Source: Octopus vulgaris (Eukaryota). From it: a stretch of DNA of 64,000 nucleotides. The first letter of the stretch is position 1, and the number at the start of each line of letters is the position of its first letter. The notes beneath the pieces were generated by a model, which did no database searches, was not told the DNA's origin, and was given only the letters and a program-made list of their open reading frames with translations. The stretch lies in assembly GCA_951406725.2 (NCBI GenBank), contig OX597817.1, positions 43,090,001 through 43,154,000 of the forward strand, written 5' to 3'. Both the position numbers and the translations under genes were made by a program. Below, one piece after another: positions 41,817 through 54,100 of this stretch.

Positions 41817-41855
41817 ATGTGGTGTTACACCGAGAAATGGCGGATAGAGAAAAAG
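41817..41855 (-). promoter_or_regulatory. FAU: FAU non-coding exon 1 with 5'TOP/TCT start and YY1-like motif
   Basis: Minus strand reads CTTTTTCTCTATCCGCCATTTCTCGGTGTAACACCACAT|GTAAGT: pyrimidine start, CCGCCATTT and a perfect donor. Typical ribosomal protein first exon. It would splice to the acceptor at 39012. Confidence 0.8.
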
Positions 41856-42125
41856 AACGACAGCAATGTGCGTGAACAGAACTTCCGGTTCAGCCTGCAG
41901 CAAAACTGAACGATTTAATTGCGCGATCGTTCGTTATAATATATGAAATATTTAAATAATGTATAATGAAATTTAAATATTTATTTCTGAGATTTTACAA
42001 AAACAACAAAAATATTTTTTAATTTTACGCAATTTTTGCACGTTTTGTCTCACCTATAGGATCTTTTCGAATTTTCACCGATGCTATCATCTCTCGCCTT
42101 TATTAGGACACAACCGTCATCCAGT
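41856..42125. promoter_or_regulatory. Probable bidirectional promoter FAU/RNF8
   Basis: About 270 bp between the FAU TOP start and the RNF8 ATG. CpG-containing, with ETS/GABP-type motif ACTTCCGG at 41881-41888. Confidence 0.6.
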
Positions 42126-45100
42126 ATGGCGTTACTGTATTTTTTGGAAAACGTTAATCACCCAGAGAAAAGCATTCTCTTAAACGAAGATACGGTAATT
42201 CATAATTTTTTCTTTCATATGTTACAAGAAAGAAAGTGCCCTACATTTTGATATGTTAATGTTTTCTGAATGTGTTTTTTTTATTGAATATATTTGTCAA
42301 AAGCATATTGTTTACAAGGCGCGATTTGAAACGATGTTGTTATTGTTAAGTTACTAATATATATATATATCACTTATTTTAGCAATTTCTCTTTAAATCT
42401 TTTTTATTTTGTTTTGTATTTTCTTCTAGCCACTAATTTTGTTTTGTCTTTTGTCGATAACAAAAATACCAGCTGTATTCTATTCAATGGCGTACTGTTT
42501 TGTACTCTCTCTGTTATAATAATTACTCTGCTGCCTAACTGATAGAATAATTTATTATTAAGCTGTTACGTTTATTATATTTTAGTGCAGAGGGTTGACA
42601 TACAGTGGAAATTATTAGTGGTTAGTGTAGGAGAAGCTGACTGTCCGACACTATAGGTAATGAGAGATGCTTGGACCAAGTAGTATGTGGTTAGTTTTGA
42701 GCAGAGGCCGCTGAAGTAGTGACAGAATAAGCTATGAAGACGCAGTGGAGAGTGTCCTATTAGTTTACCTCGTCTTGGAGAGGGAACACAATGGTATATT
42801 GCCAAAGATTGGGATAGATCTCTCAGGCTAGAGAGCCAGGAAGCTGGCACCTAGCGCTAGCACCTTGTTGCACCATATCTAAGCCGCTTTTTTGGTGTGT
42901 GTATGGAAGATACAAATTTTAAAGTAAAATAATTTTAGCAAAAGAAATAATAATAATGAAAGTGGTTCTGAGGAGAAGAATTCAACTAAAGTTCAAATTA
43001 ATGTGCGCTTGTGCCAAACTATATCTGCGCCGCACATTTATACTTCATCTCATTAACAGTGCTTAGGTGCTGGCTCATTGTCGTGGAAAAAAGGTCAAAG
43101 GTCAGTCAGCGAAACCGCTAGATGTGATACGAAAGTTCATTAAATACTCTCAGTGTGTCCCATCACCAGAGGATTAAGTTCGCTAACTCTGCTAGCTATC
43201 TATCTGTTCTTTTCACTCACCTTCAGCCTCTTTCCCTTGTCGCTACTATTGTTTCCGTAGAGCTAGTTATCCCTAGAATCGTCTTTCCTTGCTTTTGAGA
43301 GATTGCCATGTATGAGGAACTCTTAGCTTAGTTGCCCGCCATTGCTTGTCATCTGCGTTTTATGTCTTACTAGTTCCTGTCACGCCGCACCGTCCCAACA
43401 TATTCTTTTATTTGCTTCAGTCACTTGGCTGTGTAAGCTTAGTATTTATTCTATCGAACCGCTAAATTTCGGGGACATAAACACTCCAGCATCGGTTGTA
43501 AATCGATGGTGGACACATACACATGGCGGACAGCGATGGGCTTCTTTCAGTTTCCGTCTACCAAATCCACTCACAAGGCTTTGGTCGGCCCGAGGCTATA
43601 GAAGACCCTTGCCCAAGGTGGCACAAAGTGGGACCGAAAGCGGCGGAACTATGGTTGGGAAGCAAGCTTCAGCATTTTTTTTCTTTAAGCGTGACAGCTT
43701 AAATATAATTTACTTTTGTTTTTACCTTTAATATGGTTTAGAATATTTTCCTACATGGCTTTCACCAAATACATTTCTAAGTCGCATGAAGGGCAAATAC
43801 GTTCCTTATGCAAAAGCTCATGCCGTCTGCACCAATCTGTTGCTTTTTCATTGTCCATTAAATTAATAATCAAATCTGAATAATTTATGGAAAATTCATA
43901 TTGAAATTGTAAATGTTAACACTAAATCATATTTAAGCTGTCTTGCTTAAGCGAAAAAGCGCCCAAGCTTCTTACCACACAGCCACACCTGCAGACAGGG
44001 TTGATGTGGCCTCTCTTCACTTTTCTGTTATACACGAGCAACCTATTGTCACCTTTAACAATGTACACTATGTAGAATACTCTTCATTCCTCCATAAACT
44101 TCAACATACAGTAAGCATAAAGATGCTCGACCTGCTAGAAATAGCAACTAAATCCTTTGTAATTTTTAGCTTCAGGACAGTAGTAAAAACTACTTTCCCA
44201 AGACAATCCTTTCTGTTTAGGGCCAAAATAAGCTTAACTTGTGATCGTGTGGAAAATAGTGCTCCCACAACTTCTGTACTTCTACATACAGAAACATCCT
44301 ACTTCATATACAAAAGACCATCTCGATGATTGGTAAAGATTCCCCAACATAGTTCAACCTCACATGCACTGTCTCTTCTCTATCAGTTCTATCACTACAC
44401 TAATATAACAACAAGCTAATTGGATCCCATGCCTACTCTCATCACCATCCAAGCCATACAGTAACAACCAGTATATCAACTCTCTAAAATTCTCTTCTCG
44501 CCTGCATTGCAGCAGACATTGATTTACAAGATGTCCAATCTAATCATCAACCAGATCAATGACACCTGTTTTATTGAGCCTGTTCATTGTCCCTGGGTTA
44601 TAACTAATGATTTCAAATGTTTGCCATCAGGGCACATCAACCCCAGTACATAACTGGTACTTGTTTAACTGACCCCGAAAGGATGAAAGGCAAAGTTGAC
44701 CTTGGCGAAATTTAAACTCAGAATATAGCGGTAGACGAAATACCTATTTCTTTACTACCTACAAGGGGCTAAACACAGAGAGGACAGACAAATGGATTAA
44801 GTCGATTATATTGACCTCAGTGCGTAACTGGTATTTAATTTATCGACCCCGAAAGGATGAAAGGCAAAGTCGACCTCAGCGTAATCTGAACTCCGAACGT
44901 AACAGCAGATGAAATACTTCTAAGCATTTCGCTCAACGTGCTAACAATTTTGCTTGCTTGTCATCTTCAGCTAATGTTAAAATATAGCTGGATATTATGC
45001 TAGTAGAATTAATTTGTACGGTGTGTGTTGTGTAATTTTCTTCAAACTTTTATTGGTGGTACTTTAGTATGTGGTCTACCACAGAATCCATAGTTTGCAC

Positions 45101-48100
45101 TGTCAAATCACCTGATCTGGGTTAGGGTTAGAAGGCATGCTAAAGTGGTGCCCTTTTATTTTCGTCAAAACTACTTTGAAAATGAAATTGAAAAGCATCT
45201 TGAATAGAATCTAAAGCCTTTCTTTCAATGGTTTAATTATGAGGGGAGAGCAGCAGACATAATCTTTTTGATGTGCATTGTAAGAACATGAGCTTGATGG
45301 TTCATCCTCATTGAATGTCCATTTTTCCATGCTGGCATGGATTGGATGGTTTGACAAGAGCTGGCAAGCCAGAGGACTGTACCAAGCTCTATTGTCTGTT
45401 TTGGTATTGTTTCTACAGCTGTATGCCTTTCCTAACACCAACCACTTTACAGAGTGTACTGGGTGCTTTTTTTTTTTTTTTTGTGGTACTGGCATCAGTG
45501 GGTGGAGTAACAAAGTCCCCTCTATGGGGGGAGTAACAAAGTCCCTTCTATAGGGGGAGTAGTATTGAGGTAGTGGCTTTGTGTCAGTTGATGAGAGGTT
45601 AAAAAAAATAAGAGGTATAGAGAGCAGTGTTTTGCTGTAAAATGTATTCAAGGGAGGGAGAGAGTAAGAGATGATGGTGGATATGTGTTAGGACATACCC
45701 CCAAGGTACAGTGTGGGGGTGAATATATGTGAAGTGACAGAGGGTTGGGCTGGGTGAGTAAGGAAGTGGAGACGGAGAGGGAAAGTTCTGTAAGAATGTG
45801 AGGAAAGATGAGATAGATGACTATAGTAACTGAAGGTGAGATATATGTGAGAGCACTGGGAGTGATAGCAGATAAAAGGATGGAGTATAGCAGAGGGGAA
45901 AGAGTATGGCTGGAGGAAGATAATGAGGAGGGGTAATAGTTCTGAGGTGAAGTTTATGAAAGGGAGAGGATGGGTGTACCTATTCAGGTCTCAGGTGATT
46001 ATGGTAGGGAAACAATACCAGAGATAATGAAGTGATGAGCACTAGGGAATGAGATGTGGAGGGCAAGTTTGATAGGGCAATGTAATCAGAGGTGGGACAG
46101 AGTACCTGCATATACAAGCATTTGCCAAGGTGGTTTTAGGATATTAATTCTGTTGTGGTGGACAGGTTTTACTGCTGAAAAAGATTTGGTTGTCATGTTC
46201 CCAGTAATGAAGGTTTTTCAAATTCTCTGCTCACGAGAGATATCTAGGTTGTTTGAAAGGTTAAGGGGGAAATTATTGGAAATGGTGAAGGTGATATCAT
46301 TTGTATAGGTGAGTGTTGTTAACAGTGGCCTCATATATTGTTAGTGTAGAAGGGTTTGACCAAATCTTGGGTATACTAGTTGATAGTCATTGACAAGTTT
46401 CTAAGGAGGTCTGGTCCTGAATACTTATATGCTTGGCTCAAAGAGAGCTAAACATTATTTGTATATGTTCCTCACTGTTAATCTTAATGACAGATAAAGC
46501 TAATTCTTTTTCTGGTTTATAATAATCCATGTAACCTGGTGCTTATTTTCAGTCTTTGTTGTTAATTGGGTGAGAATAAATCTCCCCATGCATAGGAATC
46601 TGGTCTGTCATGGCTAGCTTCCTTCACTGGAAGAATTGAACATGGTATTTCAGATGAAAAAAAAAAAATTCTTCAACTGAACAATGCTGCTGCTTGGCCT
46701 GATATAATTTTACTCAGTGATATTTATTTACAAACTAAGTCACTGAGACTAGTTTCTCATACCATCTACATGAAAAACAACCTCTAGTGGTGATGAAAGG
46801 CAAAAATAATAATCAATTGAATAGTGCTGCTGATTAGTTGTATATTCTTTTCTACTTTAGGCACAAGGCCTGAAATTTTTGGGGAGGGGGCCCAGTCTAT
46901 TAGAAAGGATGCAAGGCAAAGTCGAAATACTGCTAAGCATTTTGCCTGGCATGCTAACGTTTCTGCCAGCTCACCACCTTTGGAGTGTTATATTATCCAT
47001 ACTCTATTTATGAAATAAATCATCAAAGCTAATTACTCAGGCTGTATGGTAAGAAGTTTGCTTCCCAACCATATGGTTCTGGGTTCAGTTCCATTGCATG
47101 GCACCTTGGGCGAGTGTCTTCTACTATAGCCTTGGACCAACCAAATCTTTGTGTGTGGATTTGGTAGATGGAAACTGAAAGAAGCCCATTGTGTGTATAC
47201 ATATATATATTTGTGTTTTTGTTTGTCACCCCCCCCCCCCTTGCTTGACAACCAATGTTGTGTGTTTATGTCCCTATAACTTATCAGTTCGGCAAAGTGA
47301 CTGATAGAATAAGTACTAGGCTTACAAAGAATGTCCTGGGGTCGATTTCTTCGGCTAAAACCCTTTAAGGTGGTGCTCCAGCATGGCCACAGTTAAATGT
47401 CTGAAACATACACAAGAATATAAATGTGAGAATCAAAAACCTAATCAGATATACTGTAAATAAGTTGAAACTAACTTGACTATTACTTTTCGAGTGGTTC
47501 GTACCTCTGACTAAGTCAATTAGTCTAAATGATTTACTTTTTAAATATGCTCATTTTTCATACCTATTTTGTTGTTCTTTCATCATCACCTTGGCAAATA
47601 TGAAGTCTGCTTTGCTTAGGAAGTCTAAAAAGTAGTTTGGAGATTGTCTGAATAAATTAAAATTTTATATATCAAATAAATTAATTCTTGTCGCTTGAAT
47701 GTCTCTTGTTTTTTCTTTTCAGATAAAAATTGGACGAAGTCAAGATTTACCTGTATGCCTGTTATCTGTGTGGATTTCTAAACATCATGCTACTATTAAA
47801 AGAAATGAAGAAAATTGGACAATTATAGATGAGAATGTAAGAATCTCTTCAGTTTGTTTTTCTTGCTTCCTCAGTTTTTTCTGCTGTTGCTTATCTGAAT
47901 TCTTTTTTTTTTCTGGATCAATTTGGCTATCCAATTGTTTTCTGATTTTTCTCAACTCCAGGTTAGACAATATAATTTAACCCTTTAGCATTCAGATTAC
48001 TCTATCAAATGTAAAGCCTGTTTAATTATATTGTTTTAAATTAATTGTACAGTATCTTGTAACTCTGGGATTTTGATGATGTCCCTGTTTATTTTTAGAA

Positions 48101-51100
48101 TGACTTTGTAGGGTAGGTGTGAGAGGTCAGAGCTGGCTGGTTTGAGCATAAAACAGGAAGATAATTTTGGCCTAATATGGCTTGTTTAAACATAAAAGGG
48201 TTAAAATGAAAAAATCAAAGACTGAAATAGATAAAAGAAATATAAATTCAATGTCTTTCTAATCAATCCAGTATTTCCATTTTTTTTTTCTTTCTTCATT
48301 TTCAAATCTCTTACAGTACCTCTCATTAATTATAATTAGCATCTCATTAATCAAATTTCTCTTTCCTTATTTTCCAGAGTTTAAATGGTGTTTTCGTAAA
48401 CAAAAAAAGAATTCAAGTCCTTGAGCAACATGTGATTAAAACTGGAGATCTCATTCAGATTGGAAATTCTAAAGACGAACCATTCTGTTATAAGCTTCAA
48501 GAAAAACTATTGAAACATAAACCTCATAAAAGTGACTTTTTGGCTGCAAAAAGACATAAATCTGAAATGCCTGTGATAAGCAACTCGCCCGATAATCCTC
48601 TGAAATTCCTCAATAAACCTTTTGATAGAAAAGTGCCTTCTTCCCCATTGTTAGTTACTTGTTCAGAAAGTAACAACAGTAATAATAATAATAATAATAA
48701 TAAAAATATTGATAATGAAATCCCCAGTTCTTTGAAAGCGAGGGATTCAACAATGTCGGAAAATGGTACTACTTCTGACTATGAGATCAAGTTAAAAGAA
48801 CTTGAAGGGCGTTTGCAAATGAAAGAAGCAGCTTTGAAATTGGAGAAAGAAAAATCTAATTCTCAGGCAAAAGCCATTGCAAAATTGGAAGAAAAACGGA
48901 AGCAGGTTGAATTTGAACTTCAAAAAACACAGGTACTTGTACTGGCTATATCCAAAACTTATAACTGTATCAGCATTATCTGCATTTTTATGTCTGTTTT
49001 TATCCATGCTTGTATAAGTTAGGTAGAATTCATTGAGGCTTGTTTTCAAGCAAAGAAATATTTTTCCCTTAGTCTAGATGTGTTTTCATTGGAGATGGCA
49101 AACAACCAACACCACTTGTATAAAGGTGATGTTTTGCTATGTCAAAGAAGTCAATGTAGTTATTCTTATTAAATGTTGATAGCTGCAGTAAAAACGTCTT
49201 GTGTGAGGAGGCAATTGCAAGGAACTGACTTCTTGAAGAGGAAAGACTGCACATAAGGGTTCAAGTTAAAGAATCCCTATGTGGTTCAATCTCACACTGA
49301 GAAGATACATGAGGCCAGTATATTCTGGGTTGATCAGTCTCTTTGGAATGAAATTTAATAGATGGAAAGTATATAACAGCCTATCATATATACAGGATTG
49401 GGTAAAAGTCAAAACCATATAATTCCGAGATTTATTTATGTTTAACAACTGAATGAGGCTTTGCTAGTAAACAGACAAATGTTGAAAAAGAAAAAAACTG
49501 ATTTTTAACTCGCAGGATTCAATTATTAAACATTTGTAATTGGAATCGTGGATTTGGACAGTTTGATTGAGACTGGCAAGCCAGAAGGCTGTACCAGGCT
49601 CCAGTCTGATCTGGCAAGGTTTCTACTGCTGGATGCCCTTCCTAATGCCAACCACTCTGAGTGTAGTAGGTGCTTTTTATGTGCCACCAGCATGAGGACC
49701 AGTCAGACGGTACTGGCATTGACTGCACTTGAATGATGTTTGTGTGCCACTGGCACAGGAGCCAGTCAGGCAGCACTGGCAACAACCATGCTTGAATGGT
49801 GCTTTTTATATGCCACTGGAATGGATAAATAAAATTGAATAAGTATATATGGAATTTTGATTTACTGTTGGGTGACATTTGGCCAACTTAATCCGTCCTT
49901 AGTTGAAAGATGCCTGTTTCTATGTCCTGTTATTTGTATTAAGTTTCTCCATTTTTTCCGTCTTTGTTTTCGTATACATTCGCTGCTTTCTTCCAAGGAA
50001 TCTAATGCTCTTAGCTTAGTTTTTCCTTGGGGGTGGCCAGATTGGTGCAATTTCGGGCATAAGCAGCCAAAATTGCAAAGATAATCTGGAACTCAACTGA
50101 GGAAAGAAAACTCCAAATGACCCATCCTTGTTTTCTTTGTATCATCTATCTAGATGTTTTGTGTGTGTGTGTGAAATTGGCACGTGGCTGCTATGTGGTA
50201 AGAAGTTTGTTTTCCGACAACATGGTTGTGGGTTCAGTCCCATTGAATGGTACCTTGGTTAAGTATCTTCAACTATAGTTCTGGGATGAACAAAGTCATG
50301 TGAGTGAATATGGAAGACAGAAATTGAAAGAAACCCATTGTGTGTATGCATGCATAGACATATTACTCAAAGCTTTTGACAAAATAGTTGGGGATATAGC
50401 ATCACATGATGTGGAAGACAACTGGAGGTTTCTATGGGACGTGTCGAGGACTAATTACCAGGTCAGGTCAGTAGCTCTCAACTAGTAGTTGATAGCTTTT
50501 GTTACCTAGGTGACCAAGTCAGTACTGGTGGGGTGGTTGCTCTGAGTATTGCTGCTAGAACAAGAATAATCTGGGCATAGTTCAGAGAGCTCGTACCTCT
50601 GCTGGTGACAAAGGGCCTTTCACTCAGAGTAATAGGTAGACTGTATGGCGCATGTGTGCAAACAGCCATGCTACATGGCAGTGAAACATGGGCTGCTGAG
50701 GACATGCATAAACTTGCAAGGAATGAAGCTAGTATTCTCTGCTGGATGTGTAACGTCAGTGTGCATACATGACAGTGTAAGCACCCTGAGAGAAAAAAGA
50801 AGCATCAGATGTGGTTTGCAAGAGAGATGGCTGCGCTGGTATGGCCATGTTGCATATGGATGAGGACAGCTGCGTGAAAGTGTCACACCCTAGCAGTAGA
50901 GGGAACCTGTGGAAGAGGTAGATCCAGGAAGACCTGGGATGAGGTGTTGAAGCACGACCATCAAATGTTGGGCCTCACTGAGCAATGACAAGTGACTGAG
51001 GCCTTTGGAGATATGCTGTACTTGAGAAGACCCAACAAATCAAATGAGACCGTAACCATGGCCTATGCCAGTGCAGCATAACCAGTACATTTAAGAGTAT

Positions 51101-54100
51101 CTTTCAATCATTGGGCAATAAACTGTGCTTGAGAAGACCTTTTGAGGCAAGTGAAGTTGTTGTTGTGGCTGATGACAGTACCTCCTAATTGGCACCCATG
51201 CCGGTGACACGTAAAGCACCATCCAAGTGTGATCGATGCTAGTACTGTCTAACTGGTCCTCGTGCTGGTGGCACGTAAAAAGCACCCACTACACTCTGGG
51301 TGGTTGGCATTAGGAAGGGCATCCAGCTGTAGAAACATTGCCAGATCGTCTAACCCATGCCAGCATGGAAAGCTGATTTTAAATGACGATGATGTGTGTA
51401 TGTGTTTCTTGTCTTGATATGACATGATAGTTGTAAATGAAAGTCATCGTCATGCAAGCAGTGTCATTCATTTTCAGCATTTTGCAAGAATGTGTTTGGC
51501 CACAGAATATCTGTCTCAAACTCTCCAACCTCTTCAAGCAGGAGAAAGTAGACATTAAAATGATGTAAAATAGAGTAAAACTTATTAATTTTACTTTTTT
51601 GCGTTTCATGTTTATAAAAAATTTGCTTAATGGGATAACAGGAAGAAAAAAAAACTTGCAAGTAAAAACATTTATATCAAACAAAATATTGTTTCTCTTG
51701 TCCATTGTTAATGTGAAATGTTGATTGGTCTTTACACCTTTGGTTTATTTTGAAATTACAGAAATTAAAAGATGAAGAGAGAAAGCAACTGGAACAAGAA
51801 TTTCAGGACAAAATGGTGATGTTGTTAAAGAAAAAAGAGAAATCTTTGAAGCAAGATTTGAAGATCAAAAGAGTTGCCCTGGAGCAAAAGGAGAAAATTG
51901 AGAAAGAACTTCTTAATAAGTGCAATTCTGACAAGGCTACTATCGATGAATTAACTCAGTCTAAGGAAGAATTGAAACTGATAATTGATAATAAAGATGC
52001 TGAACGACGCTTACTAGAGAGTCAGTTGCAGGAAGCAAAATTGGCTAATTTGAAAGAGCAAGATGTTGTATTGAAAACTCGTGAAGAGGTCTTGACTAAA
52101 TTTTCTGAGATGTTAGAAATGGAGCTACAGTGTAGCATTTGTAACGAACTGTTTGTGCAGGTATGGTGATTTATAAGTGTTTTACATTAATTTTTCTATA
52201 TTTGTGTTTTTAAGATAGTTTCTTTTATTTCTTGACTCATCTCAGTCATTGGACTGCAGCCATTTTGGGCACCACCTTGAGTTTTAGATGAGCAAATCAA
52301 CCTTAATACTAATATTTTTTAAAGTTCTTATTCTATTAGTCTCTTTTGGAAAACTGCTAAGTTACAGAGACATAAATAAACCAGTTGTGATTGTGAAGTT
52401 ATGATGAGGAAACAAACATAGACACACACTTTTAGTGGCAATCATTCCCAACTGGCCAACAACCATGGTTCAACATTAGTTGTGAAATGTTGCTTATTTT
52501 GTTTCTTAGACAAAACTCTTACAACCTAAATTATTTCTGTTGACTAGAAACAAAGATTTCATCTCATTTATATTGAAGTTGTTAGTCCTAGAAAATATCT
52601 TTATAAAAGCACACTGGGACTATGCTGATATAATATATTTTAGTATATTAGGTATTTGTGCCATTTACTAATTTATTTAAATTCTAATGACATTTAAGCT
52701 TCCAAAATGAATGAAAGAGATGTCACCTGCACGCCACTTGTCTCGGACATTAATTGTGAACAAGAGGAGGCACAGAGTAGAGAAAATTCTTTAGTTCTGT
52801 CACAAACTTTCATACAGTAAAAGGTACCCAGTTTACATTGTGAAACCATGGGTGGTGAAGAGCAATTTTAACTGGTTCTCTCTGTTAATGTGTATCAGAG
52901 GAAGGACTGCAACAAGCTGTGATATGCCATGACCTATCCATCTTTTTGCTAAGATGGAAAAATGGATATAACATGAAGTTTTGTATTGTATCATATCCTC
53001 TCTGGGTTCAGCTGTTTTAAACATATTACAATAGGAATGTTAATTTGTTAAATTAATGTCTGTCATTTCTTGTTCTGTTTCAGGCCACTACACTCAGTTG
53101 TTCACATACATTTTGTTTCTACTGTATACATATGTGGATGAATAAGAAGAATGACTGTCCAGTTTGTCGTACTTCTATTAAGTCCCAGACAAAAGCCCTT
53201 GTGGTAGACTCTTATATTGATAAAATGACTGCTTTCTTCAGTCCAGAAATGAAAGAAAAAAGAGCTCAATATGTTAAGGAAAGAAAAGGTATAGTTAAAT
53301 CTTTGCACATTTCCTAATTCATCATCGTTTAATGTCCGCTTTCCATGCTAGCATGGGTTGGACGATTTGACTGAGGACTGGCAAACCAGGTGGCTGTGCC
53401 AGGCTCCAATCTGATCTGGCAATGACCTCGCTCAAATGTTTTTTCACATGCCACTGGTACAAGCACCAGTAAGGTGATGCTGCTAATGATCACACTTGAA
53501 TGGTGCTTTTTACGTGCCACTGGCACGGAAGCCAGTTAGCTGCTTTGGCAACTATCACGCTCGGGTGGTGCTCTTACCACTCCACTAGCATGGATGCCAG
53601 TCATCGAATTTGATTTCACTTGCCTCAACAGGTCTTTGCAAGCAGAGTTTAGTGTCCAATAAAGGAAAGGTACACACAAGTGGGCTGGTTACACCCCTGG
53701 CATTGGCCACGAGGTTATGGTCTCACTTGGCTTGCCAGGTCTTCTCAGGCACAGCATATTCCCAAAAGTCCCAGTCACGAGTAATTGTTACTTAATATAT
53801 TAATTTCTTGGCATCATATGCCCTTCTTTTGTATTTGACACTCGTATTTTTACTGCTCTACTCCTTGCTTTTGCATAGAGAAAGCAGCCTTTTGTTGACA
53901 ATTGTACATTGAACTTCTTTCACCCATTTTTTACTCTTGATATAGTAATTCTAGCTGTAACATTATCACCTATTGTAAAGTGGGATGGCCCTTCTAATAA
54001 CTATTCTTGTAGATCTAATACATTTCAAATCTTTCTTCTTCTGTCAGCCTGTCTGATCCAACAACCTATTTGGGATAAATATTACTTTTACTGAGTTTTT

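Noticed and set aside
43091-43104. AGGTCA-A-AGGTCA nuclear receptor DR1-like site
   Set aside because: A single short motif without supporting context
45600-46320. Long purine-rich stretch in RNF8 intron 1
   Set aside because: No ORF or motif. Probably a decayed antisense retroelement or low-complexity DNA, and I cannot classify it.
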